A stretch of 64,000 nucleotides of DNA from Strigamia acuminata. Its lineage: Eukaryota. The DNA is taken from assembly GCA_949358305.1 (NCBI GenBank), contig OX442314.1:32612001-32676000 (forward strand). Reading direction: 5' to 3'. Made by a program: the position numbers and the translations under genes. The notes under the pieces are model-generated. The model was not told the DNA's origin. It made no database searches and saw only the letters and a list, made by a program, of their open reading frames with translations. Of the stretch, positions 24,529-38,273 are shown piece by piece; positions within the stretch are counted from its first letter, which is position 1; each line of letters starts with the position of its first letter.

Positions 24529-26008
24529 GCTTTTACAAGGTCAGCCTTTTATTCAGTCCAACACAAATTTATTCAAAGAAGAAAATATCAATACCGGTAC
24601 CGTATGTAAATTTTTATGTTGAGAAAATCCCGCCCCCTCAAGTTCTGCTGGCTACTTTAGACCTGGATAGTTACGACATGTTTGTCGGATGTCGACCCAA
24701 TGCCGGATGCCAATATACACATAAACTTTAATCGTGTAAACTGGGCAACAGTTGCCAAAGCAAATCAACAACACAGGAATAATTAACGTTGTGCGGCCGT
24801 GTTTTCCCTCTTGTGAAGGTTGAGAGAACGGGCTAGATGGGGTCCACTTGGCGGATCAACATTTTAAGATTATTTTTCTTTTACTTGTTCTCTGGATGTA
24901 CCGACGTATCAAAAAGTATTTGTTTATTAAATATTTCTAGCAATAGCTAATTAGAATGTCTGTTCATTGATCGTTTCTTTTAGCACGGCAAAACACTTCC
25001 TTATCTAATTCACCCTTTGCCCATTGCAATAATGAACTCCGTTTTCATTTGTCTAATATTGTACAAATCACCGAGGCAAGAAGCGTACACTTCATTCATT
25101 ATCAAGATGATTATGGTTCGGAAATCCCAAATTTAATTTTGTTATAAGTTCCTAATTTATCGGATGTTCTTATGGTAGTATCAAACTGTTTGTTGAAATT
25201 GATGCATCTCAATTGGATTGGAAAAATTCAAATGTCAGCACAACGATTCAGTAATACATCACTAGATTTTGATTATACTCCTTTTCAGCTGATTTTCATT
25301 TGGATAGAAAGTTTTGAGCAAGTAAAGGTCTAATTATATCCCAAATTGAGGACGAAGCATTAGGTTGACAAGTCAGGCGTAGGTATTGACTTACCTGCAA
25401 ACAGTAATGCTTGTCAACCTAATTCTTGTTCCAATAATAGTATTTCTTCCTAGTTCTAAAATTATATAAAGTAGTAATATAACTCATACTTAAAAGTAAA
25501 TGTTGATTTCAGCTTGCTGATTATACTTTGTTTTCAATTGAAAACAAAGTGTTGATATTTGTCATCAAGGAAACACGAGGAACTTCAAATCCCCAGCATG
25601 ACTTAGACTTGCCCGTATTACAGGATCTAATCATATGGAGACGGAATAAAGCTTACTTATTCACATATGCTGAACACAGTAATGTATGAGTCAATAGTTA
25701 AAGTATTATAATATAAACAAATGCAGAATGTTAATCATCTTGTTATAAATTAAAACCGTTTATTTTACATGGTGTATCCAAATCTGCTCGTTCAAAACAA
25801 TAAATGGGTGAATTCAAACTTTGTCACAGGGTTCAATAATAGATCACACCAAACAGTCTAAAACGACTCGTTTCTGTCGTTTCGTGTTGATACGTGTGAC
25901 GTCATTCCCATGTTATTCAATGGGAAGCTGATGCACATTTACAGATTAAATATTGGTGCAATCTTTGTCTGCGAAGATTAACATTCAATACATTTGATTT
26001 TTAAAATA

Positions 26009-26192
26009 CAGTTGAAACTCTTGTATAACGAATCGTGATATAACGAATTATCGATATAATGAATACCTAAAATTGGCCAGTTTGGTTGGCTGGCCATAGA
26101 ACACCACGTTAAAAATTTTGATATAACGAATTATCGCTACAACGAATCGATTTTTCGGGTCCATTGCGATTCGTTATAAATAGTTACGACTT
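26009..26192. mobile_element. pogo/Tigger-like MITE
   Basis: TA|CAGTTGAAACTC..TATAACGAA repeats; absent from the paralogous intron near 44220; same family as 41625-42067. Confidence 0.65.
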
Positions 26193-26663
26193 TATATAAA
26201 CTATATAATAAAAAATAAGAAAGGTTATACTTTTATATACGGTACAAATTTTTTTTGTCTTGTATTACAGAATTTTAGCTTGCAGTTATTGAAACATCAA
26301 TCTGAGGGGAACATTTTTTAAACAATCAACTTAGGGATAAATTGTGCGGAGCAACAAAAATGTCAATTTGAAATAATTTCTCATGCAATTTTGTTTTTGA
26401 GAAAACAAAATTTTACTGTAGCCCAGGTAAAGCATGCTGCTGCAATTTAAATAGTAATTACAAATAATATTGCATAATAAGATTTATGGGAACTAATGGG
26501 GAGGGGTATAGCTAAACGGTGCAAGCGTGTCACGAAAGGCAGTTGCGGATGGGTCTTCTACAATGGAAGACCCATGTTCACTATGGTGACAACTGATGCT
26601 TATGGATATGGCTGGACTATTCCTATCTGTGTGATTACGGTAACCCTATTCATTTGGTCAGTT

Positions 26664-27466
26664 TGTCGCGTCCTACTTGGTATAGGTTTAAATGGCGCTA
26701 ACGTGTAATACTTTACCTGTGATCAATTATGCAAATACCCAAATGAATACTAAATGTATGTAAATGAACAAGTAATTTATTTAATAGGCTTGAAGGCCTT
26801 AAAATACACTCAGTGTAAAACTAGAGTCGACTTGGTCAGAGTCAAACAAAGGATTTCTCAAGATGGCGTCGTCGATTCCGCGTGGTCGGCGGGACAATGG
26901 CGGCGTCTCGAGTTGTCGTTAATTCGTCACGGATTCGTCGTTCACTCTTTCGAGTCTTCTATCCGTGCCTGTTGTCTAGGGGTTGGTTTAGCGTCGCAGA
27001 GGCCTCGTTTGGGAACTGGGGGTTCCTAACAAAGCACACGGACGCTTACTTTGATGAATAGTCGTAGGAGCGATTATTCTGGGTGATTTCACAAGGGATA
27101 TTCTCTTGCTTTCGCCGGAATAGCTCTCAAGTGACTTTGTGAGAGTTACAGTTGCACTTTACTCAGCGATCCTCGATCAATCCTAACTTGTACTTGAAGT
27201 TGACCTGACGGTGAGGTAGTTGCTGTGTTCTTGGTGTCGTTTGTGTAAGTTCTGTCTTTTAGGTAGGAAACACAGCCTTTTATGCAGTGGGGTGAAGGGC
27301 CGGCGATCAACCAATGGGGGCTGACCACCAGCCGCTTCCTTCCCCTCGGGGCACACACCTGCTAAGGGGAGGTGGAGCCAACTCGGGGGGAACGACTCTT
27401 CAATCATAGTGACTCAGAGGGAAAGTATCCGCTATGGGGGGACATTTATCTAACTGGGTCACCACA
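26664..27466 (-). mobile_element. Solo LTR related to the 23711-24528 LTR
   Basis: TG...CA termini, 4-bp TSD AGTT (26660-26663 and 27467-27470). Confidence 0.92.
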
Positions 27467-29267
27467 AGTTTCTACGGCCTAATAGTCAACACAATAATGG
27501 GAAATGCTTGGGAACACTGAACCCTAGACAACTTGTAATAACGGCCATTAATCATTGAATGCAGCGTCTTGAGTCATTCTCCTTGCTGCGATCCGGGTTT
27601 TATTATTAAATAATAAATACGCGGGTGAATGCCGTTTATAGGACTTATGTCAAACTTGGCTAAAAATGTCTTGGGGTTAAGAAATATGACACAATGTGGT
27701 AGTAGTTTAGAGGTGAGATCAAGAGTGTGCCAAAACTCTTGCTTTAAGCTTGGTACACTTCGGGTCTGCGCAGCGGACCTTTGCAATTAGCTCGTTTTGG
27801 TGCAACAAAAGGATTGCTGCACCGACATGACTTGGTTTGTCGTGTGCCAAACCAAAGTGATTAAAAATGCAGAATACAAATATTTCTAAGTGGTGATATT
27901 TCATTACGAAATAAAAACAACAATTTGAGATCACCAGATTCACCACATCCTGTTATTCTCCCGTTATGGGTGAGGGAAGCATTGTGGGATTAGATGTAGG
28001 GGTGGTTCTTTGGGGTTGTACAGTGTAGTATATCCGATATCCCATACTGGCCCAAACAGAAAGTAATAACTGAAAAAAGAAAAAAAAAGGAAATATTAAG
28101 AACTATAAAAGAACAAACGTTAACTTAGAAACCATCATGTTTTATAGACTGCAGCAGAAGGAAAAGTGGAATCTGATTTACTATCTGACGAAATTCTAGA
28201 TCACATATTGGAGATGATGAGTAATATTTGGTAAAGTTTTTGTTACTTGGTAAACTACTTTCACAAGGTTGACATAAACGTTTCTACATTCCTAGCTCAA
28301 TAGTCAACATTACATCTAAGATTGACAATAATATATTGACGAATCTGAAAAAGAAAGTAAGTGAATTAATTAAAAAGCTATGGTATTAATCACTTTGCGC
28401 AAGGGTACTTGCTGTACAGTGTATAACATGCAACATTTTAAGAATACATTTACCATTCAACTTGCCTATTTTTTTTTAAGCAATATGACATCTTCAAAAA
28501 TATGTTTGGAATCAGTTCAGAACGGGTGTTGAATTTCGATTTCGTAAATTTTCCTGTCAATAAAGATACATTTGGATTCGTGATACGACAAGGCAATAGT
28601 GTCATCAAAGAATACTTATGGTGGACGTTTTTCCAACCATTTTCCATGGTTGTTTGGTTGTGTATTTTAGCTATTTACTTCTTGATCGCGCTATCTCTTG
28701 ATTCCATCAGCAAATACCATACAAATACAACCTCAACTTCAAGTAAGCACAACGCCATAAAATTACAAATCAATTTACAAGTCTCTTTTACTTTTACTTC
28801 TATCAAAGTTTATGCAATTTCTGGAACGGAAAACTTGTTTCTTCTGCTAATCATTTCAAGCTACAGTGCAGTGTTGTATACATCACTCACTGTCACAACA
28901 TCACGACTGCGATACAACAGTATTCAAGACTTATTGCTGGAAGACAAAGTCAACTTGTACGGCGTTGGAGTTTATTTCCCTTACAAGCACATTAAGGTAA
29001 TGGAAAAAAATCTCAACGCACCGCACGACTTGAACTGTTACCAATCCGGTTATTGGTAATAATTTGCAACTATTTGTAGTGGTCTTAGATTCCGTTTGAA
29101 ATTACCAATTGCTATCACTTTGGCGCACTTTTGCTAAAATATCATAAAGTGCATCAATAACAAAAAACATTGTGCTTCAAATTGCAATCTTTTCGTGTAT
29201 TATGGGCATTTTCAAAATGCACATAATCCATGAATAGATTGTTATTTTGATCAATAAAAATTACATT

Positions 29268-30272
29268 TGTCATGAACCGGTTGTTTTGAACTGATAAACC
29301 GCGTTTGAAAGGCGCGCCGGTTACGATACTAAGGAGAGCCTGGTCCCGAATAAGGGCCCGGGCAACGATAAGCAGCCTGGAGGGTGGCGGCAAGCTTATC
29401 CCCTTACTCGATCATTTACACAAATTAATACCGGGTTTGTTGGAATCGTAAAAATGGAAGAAATGATGCACACGCGCGGACTAAACAACGCTAGCGTGGC
29501 TAATGCTAATCTGGATGGGACTCCTGGAGGCGGAGTGGCCAGACCGAGCAAGCGCGCGCGGATCGCGCACAAAAGATGAAATAACAACTCGTTAGCTAAT
29601 CGAATCAGATCTCTAATCCAGAGGCACGTCAGCGGCATAAAACGTCGTGTAAACACAAAAAGATCAACGAAAGGAAAGGAATTCAAAGGTGAGACGCGGG
29701 ATTAAGCACGCGATATGACCATGAATATACTCAAACATGCACAATTACGTGGCATGGAGTTATACTGTGAGTTAACACAGGAGAGACTGCCAAATGCACA
29801 ACGGCCAGTTAAAGCACTTACGATAGCTCATGGTCTGATGCCTTCTGATCGGACTTGGCTGAAAACGCTCAGAAGTGAACTTGGGCCAAGTCTATCACAG
29901 AAAACAAGGGGAGAACCATGAGTCAAGCACGCGTGGGCCAATCAGGCGCGCTCGTGAATAATCATCGCGATGAGTCAATCGCGAGTAGATAAGCATTTAA
30001 ATTAGGCAGGATAAACTAAACGAAATCAGGAGGGGTAACAGTGGGAAATACACAACTTAGACTAGTCTGATGTGGCAAAATTGAGCCACACCAGACCAAA
30101 TCAATGGATAAACGATGAATAGGAAATGAGACAAGGTAGGAAAACTCAAATTAAGTTTAGGATTTATTAAGGCAAAACAATGAGCATTAAACAATAGGAA
30201 ACACACGGAACACGCGCACAAAAACAACAAATTGGGTGGGAAAACGATACGCGTGAATGCCGGGCCGTGACA
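29268..30272. mobile_element. Solo LTR (1005 bp) in an IR intron
   Basis: TGTCA...TGACA termini, 4-bp TSD CATT (29264-29267 and 30273-30276). Confidence 0.8.
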
Positions 30273-31345
30273 CATTTTTTTACATTTTTTATTTTAATTC
30301 AGTTCGGCGCCAAAACTCATGTTCGCCAGAACGCCGGCACTAAAATTAGATAAAGTTTAATATATTCCGACCAATACATTGAAAGTGTATGAACCGGTAC
30401 TAGCAAATTATGGTCTTATTTTTCTATGGTAGAATGCACAAACAAATCTTACACGGAAAATTTGGCATCGTATGGAAAAAAGTGCCGGAAAGGGAAATAT
30501 TTCCTTCACAGATGCTCCAAAAGTACTTTCGACGAACAACAATGCCATTATCGGTTTCAGCAAAGACTTGAAACAGATGTACGGACGAAACTGTACGTTC
30601 AGTTTTATAGAAATTCCGATCGTTGTTTCAAGTTATTATATGTTTGATAAAAATTCAAAATATGTGGAATTTTTTAATCAGAAGTGAGTACTGGTAAGAG
30701 TAGATTTGTAAAGATTTTAAAATTAAATTTGCAATATTTATTTCAGTATTTTGAAGTTAAAAGAAAAGGGAATCATCAACAGACTTGAGCATAAGTACCA
30801 ATCAGAAGCAATTTGCGAGACAAGAAATTATAACTACAAACCCATCTCTATCTATCACACAATTACAGCATTTCTAATTCTCATTGGAGGAGCTTTATGC
30901 TCTGGAATTATATTTCTCGTGGAATTTCTTTTTTCGACCAAGTGCCATTCTGGCAGCGTGCACGCAAATCCAAATCGACCTGTCATTCTAGTAACAGCAG
31001 CATAAAAGCTGAAACAGACTCGTGTTTTTGCCTCACCAACACAAACTGAAAATCTACTGCTTTTGACACACCAAGAATTTGTATCTGAATCATTCAATTT
31101 CATTGTTCTTGAAATGACAATTGTCACTCTGTTTTAAAACAGAGTAGATTATAAGTGGCTTGGATTTTTCAACAAAAAGAACAATAAAATAAAATATTTA
31201 TTTTATAAGATGGAAAAAAAGGAGGGAAAAATGTTAGTTTTAAGTTATGTTTGTATAACGTGATTTGAAAACGCGTAAATTTAATTCGAATATCAGTTTG
31301 ACTCTGTACTTCCTAGAGGAAAGACACATTTGTTACATGTTCAAC

Positions 31346-31575
31346 GGCGAGGAGGAATATTTTCGACCCGGATTCTTTGCGACCGGGATTCTTTTCGACT
31401 CGAGGTAAAGTGCGCTTTTTTTCGACTGGGATTATTTTCGACCAGGAAAATTTTCGACCAGGAAAATTTTCGACTAGGAATTTTTTCGACTCAAACAGGA
31501 TAATTTTCGACCAGGAAAATTTTCGACCAGGATTCATCTCGACCAGGATTTTTTTCGACCGGACATTTTTCGACT
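31346..31575 (+). repeat. Left TIR with ~15-bp subrepeats
   Basis: ttttcgaccaggaaa-type units. Confidence 0.85.
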
Positions 31576-31833
31576 TCACCAATGGTTGGGGGTTTATATA
31601 CCCCAAATAATGTCACGCATTATATAACTGACGATGTCAGTATACAATACGTGACGATGACACGTATTGCATACATGACAGGAGTAATGTGTATTGTTCA
31701 ATCCAACACTATATTTTTTAATGGAAATTGCTGGAATTGTGTTTCTTGAATAAGCATTTTTTAGAAGCAAATAATCTACTTTTGCAGCCTTCTTTATAGC
31801 ATTTACTCACTAAAAGTTTATTTCTAATTGCAG

Positions 31834-32019
31834 ATTGTATTGTGCAATCCGATCTGTTTAATCGGTTACACTATCGCATCATGGAATTTCTTTAACGAGC
31901 GGATACACGAAGAAGAATTCATTCTTTTAAATTTTTTTGGTCAAGATTACGTGAAATATCAGAAGAACGTGCCTACTGGATTATCTTTTATATCGGGATT
32001 CAGGGTAGAGTACCAATAA
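31834..32019 (+). pseudogene. ICMT: ICMT (isoprenylcysteine carboxyl methyltransferase) last-exon fragment
   Basis: IVLCNPICLIGYTIASWNFFNERIHEEEFILLNFFGQDYVKYQKNVPTGLSFISG after acceptor ttgcag; upstream exons absent; AATAAA downstream. Confidence 0.85.
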
Positions 32020-33878
32020 GCGGACAAAAATCTTTATTTTCAATTCAATTTTTTTTTTTAATAAACAAACAAATAAATAAAAACTGTGTAAATTAATTTC
32101 AAACTTTAATTTCATCATTGGAGTCGCAAACAAGCAGAATCAAACCTATTTTTCTACTTTTTCTTTCGACAAATGAAAAAACATCGGATTCGATTAAATT
32201 CGTGTGAAAATGCTTTTATTTCTCATTATTATAAAATTAAACTACTGTAAAATATTCTAAAAACAGTGCTGCCACAAGGCAGATGTAATTTACAAAATAA
32301 TGTACAAAAATATTTTTTTTCCATTGACATTTACATTTTTCTAAATAAATAAAGAGCACCACTAATAATAAAATTAAAAATGTTCTATAGCTGCTAAATA
32401 AACTAAGTTTGTTTAGATCGACAATATCAAAAATATAATGTGTTGTTTTTTCTTTTTGATATTGCTAATAAACGTTGTGATACGATGCTGTGAATATTAC
32501 AGGATAATACTTGTTTTTTTTTTTTTTATACGGATGGGATTCGTAGGATTCGGATAGATTCTGGGGATTCGGATGGGATTCGGAGGGGATTCGATGGGAC
32601 TTGGAAAGATGCATATTATCATCACATCATTATCTTTAAAACTGAATAATAAATATGAAATTTACCGGCAGTTTTGATCAAGTTATGTAATAAAACACTC
32701 CAAAATTCAGAAATTAACACGAAAGCAAAACCTAATTCCAGCCAATAGTAAACAATATTAAAAATACAAAAAATAAACCAAAGATATTGCTAAATTTTAA
32801 TAACTGTTATGCTGGGGCATCACGTTGAAATAAAGGAGAGGTTTTTAAAGTGGAAAACAAAACACACGTCTTTACTCGTGGGTAAAATACAAGCAAGTGA
32901 GGAGTAATACAAAATTGTCATGGTAACGCTTTTACAACAATGTAACAGTATGATATAGCAATAACACGTTCTTCAACAATGAACTCAACATTACATTAAC
33001 ATAACTTAACAATAACCAAAGTTAAAAAATTAAATTAAAAGCGAGGGGCGCAGGTGGGTGCAGGTCAAGCGCGCACGTGAGCGCGCAGGTCAAGGCGAGT
33101 GAAAAATTCGACGGAAAATTTGAGGGAAAATTCAATTACCGAGTCATTTAGACTTGTCAATTATTCCAGTTTTGGAAAACAAAATTATTATATTGTCTCT
33201 TGAATTAGTGACTTTTTTGATTTCTATTCAAAATTCAAATTTTAAAAGAAAAAAATATTTCCAGAAAATTAAAATTAAATTAAATTAAAATTAAATTAAA
33301 TTTAATTAATTTAAATCCCACGAAATGCATGTTTGAAACAGAAACTTGATAAAGTTTACCACCAAAAACTTTTTCAACAACTTCCATAAAATGAAAATAA
33401 AACAACAAATGAAACAGGTGTAAATCAGCTGAATGAAGACCTCTTTATCAGGTCACATCAAGGCCTGGGTTATTATGAGGAAGTGAGAAGCCTTGGAATC
33501 AAACATCATGACATATTCATGGCAGTGCATTTAACCAAAAAATCATTTATCAAACATACCGGTAATGTGGAATTAAACTTTTAAGAAAAAAAAAATCTTT
33601 TTATAATTTGTCTCATCACCTTTATGCCACAGGAAAAAAGCTAATTTCATGGTTATGTGCCCCAAGTAAAGCGAGGAACGTCGTATCTTTCTTTCTTTCT
33701 CTCTTTCTTTTATATTTTCCATTTATTTTTCTTGCATTTCCCTTCAAACACCTGTCGGGTTGACTTTGCCTAAAGGAGACTGGTGTCTCTTTACTGAATA
33801 TTGGAGGAGGAACACCTGCTGCCATTTATATCACACCTCTCAAGGGTAAAGACACTTCCGGCCCCTCTTCACACAGGT

Positions 33879-33891
33879 CACACACACACAC

Positions 33892-33942
<51 letters not shown>
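33879..33942 (+). repeat. (CA)n microsatellite
   Basis: Visible directly in the sequence. Confidence 0.95.
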
Positions 33943-33945
<3 letters not shown>

Positions 33946-35378
33946 TAAACTCTCCGACTTGCGCCACAAATTGAATTGTCAAAGTTTCATGTTTCATATT
34001 AATTTTTTTGAAGAATATTCGTCCTAGGAGTCATAAATTTCTGTGATTTTATTAGATTCACACAGGTGCAAACATTTCCCCCACCATTCCGCATAATTTC
34101 CTATAATAGAATTTCCAAATTGGTTTCTAACAAAAAAAAAACTTCTAAACGTCATTTTTATTTGATTTATATTTATGTATTGGAGCATTTTACGCTAATC
34201 TGTTTGGCATTAAAAATTAAAAACGAATTAAAACACCGATAGTTTATTTGCTTCCATTTTGACCACCAAAGTGAATCTCATTTCATGCTCAATAAATTAT
34301 GCATGGTTTCTTTTTTTAAACCAATATAAAATAGAATGGTAAAATACTGTTAAAATTTAGCGAAGAATTATCCATCGCTCCGTTGCTTAGCGACCACGTG
34401 TTTCGCAGCGAAGTCGCCCATCGGAATAATTTGACGCGCTATCTTTGAAATTGTTGGAAAACATGCGAAAAAACATTGTTTTCCAACAATTTCAAAGACA
34501 GCGCGTCAAATTATTGTTTTCAAAACAATATCACCTTCGTTAAAATCTGATTATTTGATGAAATAAGACTTATTTTACTTGCAAAAACTTATACATTAAT
34601 TTATTGCCGTTTGTATTTGCCGTTATACAGAAGAAAATAACTGCACCAGAGCGAATAAATATTACATGTTTTTTTTAAGTACGGATCGACTTCCATTTAG
34701 CCACAAAATGCATTAAAGTTTTCGATCCAAAGTGCTCCGACTTACTAATTCTTGCAATTCCTCGCAAAAAACTTTATTTTATTTTAATTAAACTAGAATT
34801 AGCTATTTCACCGTGTCGCCATCTATCGCCAGAATAAAAAGCTCAAAAACGAGCTCGAAATTCAAATTTAGTAAACTATAATTTACTACAAACGGTTATA
34901 AAACAACGAGGAAAAATATTATGCTCTCTCCTGAGACTAAATTGGGCTAAATATTGCATGGTTTTATTCATTTGATTTAATTTAATTGTCGTCTGCACCG
35001 ACGATTTTTCAATTTGCCCCTGACCTCTCCATTTTGCACTTGCATTTTTGCTAATTTCAAACATTTTTTTCCTCTGATTGAGCCACAAAAGTAAATGTCA
35101 TTCCTTGTAAGAACACACAACTTGAGTTTGATGTGTTTTTTGAGTTGTGCAATGCACCCAAGCCTTTCTGTGCCCCCTAAGTTTTGTGTTTTCTTCACTG
35201 AAAAACAAAGGGGTGAAAAATGGGTCAAAGTCACTGGCTAAATGTAGGGTGAGTGACCGAGTGACGCGATAAGAATTGGAGAGGAGTGCCAATCACGTGC
35301 CAAACCTTGGACCAAGGCCAAACATCATAAGTGAGAGAGCGACATTGCTAAAACCCGTGTACCTGTGTAAAATTGACA

Positions 35379-36691
35379 ATGGCTTCACAAGATATGGATC
35401 CTGATGTTGCAAAGACTTTATTTCGCGAAGGTGTGACATTAATATTTTTAGATGTACCACCAAAAACTGAATTTGGAATAGATCACAATACTTAGAATGT
35501 GGAAACCGATATCAAAGGTGTCAAGATGATTCCTCTGGGCATTCATTTTGTATATTACAGGTAATTTCGAGGTTAAAAATTTGGATTTGGATTTTGCAAT
35601 GACTAATGACCACAATTTATTTTCTTTATTTCAGTGCAGTTAGTCGGGACAACCAAATGGCACCCAGAACTGGATTTTTTCATTAATTCAATAAAGGAGA
35701 AATAGTTGTTACAAAATGGGATAAATATCTCGAAGGTTATTTTAATTAACGTTTAAATTGGTCTGTAACCTGAATTGTGTATCGTTCAATATAGATATCA
35801 AAGATGAAGTCACTTCAGATGAAGAAATAGACAGGCTTAAAGAGAATTTAAGGGAGCTTGACAAACATTTAGGCGCTTATCCATACGACAACTGGAAAAA
35901 ATGGATTTTCCAGACCTACTACATGACTGGTAAGGAAAAAAATTTCGTATTTTGTAAAATATTTTATACAAAACTTATTCTCTTAGACACAGTTTTAGAA
36001 CGGGTGCAGCCATTAAACAAAAAAATTTCGTCAGTTTCCCATTTAATAACTGATGAGAGTGAATCGTCAACAAGAACAAATAAGAGACCAAAACTAGATG
36101 ATTTTCTTCCGAAAATGTGTCAAAAACCCGGAACGGAAATTCGTTTTTCCAAATTTCCTGAAAAAAGTAAGAAGAAAAAAAAGACAATTTTGATTTTAAA
36201 AAAGTAACTTAAATGTTTTGTGAAATCACAAAACAGTTTAGATTTGACCTATACTTTAGATCAAATGCTCAAATCGTATACAGATCCTGAAGACATTCTC
36301 GGAGAACTTCAAATGGCTTTTATTTGTTTTATTTTAGGACAGGTGTACGACGCATTTGAAGAATGGAAACATTTAATCCACTTGCTGTGCTCGTGCGACA
36401 ATGCTCTTACGAAATACGCAGATTTATATTCAAAATTCATTTTTGTACTTCATCACCAACTTCAGGAAATTCCTCGCGATTTCTTTGTAGATATTGTCAG
36501 TCGTGAAAACTTCCTCGTCAACACATTGCATTCTTTCTTCTCCAATTTGAACGGGAACCAACAAGTACCGCACGAAATTGTAGAAAAGGGTAGAAGGTTT
36601 AAAAAAATATTTAACGAAAACATTCAAGTGGGATTTTGATAGGGAAGATGATGATGAAGCGCCTGTTGTTGTTGAAACTGAAGAAATGTGA
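35379..36691 (+). pseudogene. AAR2: AAR2 splicing factor, near full-length, intron-containing, disrupted
   Basis: MDPDVAKTLFREG..FLDVPPKTEFGID..KGVKMIPLGIHFVYYS; APRTGFF; LDKHLGAYPY; SLDLTYTL..ILGELQMAFICFILGQVYDAFEEWK; TAG at 35493-35495 (conserved Trp position) and a frameshift near 36601. Confidence 0.9.
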
Positions 36692-36929
36692 TTCGTGTGA
36701 ATAAATAAAAATATTTGGTCAAAGTAATTTTTTTTGGAATTTTTTATTTATTAATAAAAATGATGACATTGCAATTCGATTGACGAGTTTCAAAATTATC
36801 AACATCCGAAGTTAAACTCTAAACCTTCAAAGAAATTTCATTAAAAATCATGCTAATTAGACATTTTCTTTAATTATTTCACTTTATTTACAACATCGTC
36901 TGCAATTTAACCCGTAGTTTTTCTACTTT

Positions 36930-37915
36930 TGTCTGCTGCAATCAATGAATTCGATGGATCCTAATTAATCCTGAATTTTCACCCGAAGCCACTAATAAAT
37001 GCGATCCGAAGTTTGGACTCCAAGCCACCTGAAATTAGGATTAAAATTAGATTAAAATTAGATTAAAATAATATTAATTTTTAATCTCCACTCACTTTAT
37101 TAATGGATGCAATTTCAAACGAACGAAGATCAGATGAGGTCATTGTATTTGCGTGAGTTAATCGCGTAATTTCGTCCTGGGGTATTAAATTATTTGATAT
37201 CTAATAAAAAATACAATTAAAATGCATGAAATCGCTAAGAAGTAATAGAATACTCGAGAGGTAACAGAAGTAAATAAACTAAAGTACCATAAAATATTCA
37301 TTTACTTCCACCAATTCAATAAAACGAGTCTCTAGATTTTTACCGGTACGTTATCCATAAAAACTATTCCGTAATCCGTGACCGCGTCTCTTTATAAGAC
37401 TCAGATGTCTTCTCTGGCGTTCGTTTGGCTGGATCGCAAGAATCGGCCGTCGATTGATCACTTCGAACATCTTGAGCTGAATTATCTGCTGAATTTTTCG
37501 ACGAATTTGTCTCTATTTTGTCACCCAGATCGGACTCTAGCGTCTTTAGATTGCAAACATTTGTTCTATAAATTGGCTGCAATTAAAAAAAATATACATT
37601 TTAATTTCAATCAATATTAACTAGAAATATATTCCTTACGAATCGTTTTCTCGATATCCTTTTCTAATTACCAACGCCGTGCAGAAGTTGGGTCAAAACT
37701 GTGCCCACTACTTCACCATTCGAATCGCAAGTAGCCGTACAATTTAGCCAATCATTAACGGACACTTGCTACAAAGAAAAAATGTAAACATAAATTTCAA
37801 TAATAATTTAACAAGTAAGGATAAAATTACCCAAATGGAGCAGTTATGTGCTGCTATACATCACGAGCCATTACCGAAATAGCCCTTCTCCACAAACCTT
37901 AGATTCGTTCGCCAT
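36930..37915 (-). pseudogene. GTF3C2: TFIIIC subunit 2 (GTF3C2) C-terminal exons, disrupted
   Basis: WQVSVNDWLNCTATCDSNGEVV..KRISRKRF/PIYR..EIASINK/VAWSPNFGSHLLVASGENSGLIR resembles GTF3C2 WSLSGSDWLG..GDISGE..RRFPIYK..AIHKVRFSPNL..LVSGGQSGLVR; short GT-AG introns and stops. Confidence 0.72.
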
Positions 37916-38019
37916 AAACTAAAAACAAAATTTTGGTTCAAATATGTACCGATGAAAGAAAATATAAAAATGAATAAATTTGACACGTTACAAGTCCATT
38001 TATAAAAGTAAACTACCTA

Positions 38020-38273
38020 AATTTCGACCAAGTCGAAAGGAATCCTGGTCGAAGTGAATCCCGGTCGAGATAAATCCTGGTCGCAAAGAATCCTAGTCGA
38101 TAAAATTCCAGGTCGCAATCCAACCGGTCGAAAAGAATCCTGGTCGCAAACAATCCTGATCGGAAACAATCCTGGTCGCAAACAATCCGGTCGAGAAAAA
38201 TCCGGTCGCAAAAAATCCGGTCGAAAAAAAACGCGGTCGAAAGGAATCCGAGTCGAAAATATTCTACCCTGCC
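38020..38273 (-). repeat. Right TIR with ~15-bp subrepeats
   Basis: aatcctggtcgaaa-type units, the inverse of the left arm. Confidence 0.85.

Larger units (their letters stand above)
24983..31005 (+). pseudogene. Divergent ionotropic receptor (IR/iGluR-like) gene, copy A, multi-exon, probably disrupted
   Basis: FFQPFSMVVWLCIL (pre-M1/M1), LLIISSYSAVLYTSLTV (M3), KLKEKGIINRLEHKY..C..PISIYHTITAFLILIGG..IFLVEF (S2/M4); GT-AG exons; TAA at 26319-26321 where copy B has CAA; two solo LTRs inside. Confidence 0.7.
31346..38273. mobile_element. Non-autonomous TIR element (MULE-like), 8-bp TSD, carrying ICMT, AAR2 and GTF3C2 fragments
   Basis: TSD TGTTCAAC at 31338-31345 and 38274-38281; termini GGCGAGGAGGAATATTTTCGAC and (reverse complement) GGCAGGGTAGAATATTTTCGAC; ~230-250-bp arms of ~15-bp TTTTCGACCAGGA repeats. 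Confidence 0.88.

Noticed and set aside
31313..31610. Repetitive ORFs here and at 38017-38323
   Set aside because: They are translations of the ~15-bp TIR subrepeats
33425..33470. Possible hammerhead ribozyme core (also CTGATGA hits near 46148 and 36050)
   Set aside because: No correctly placed GAAA or complete three-stem architecture
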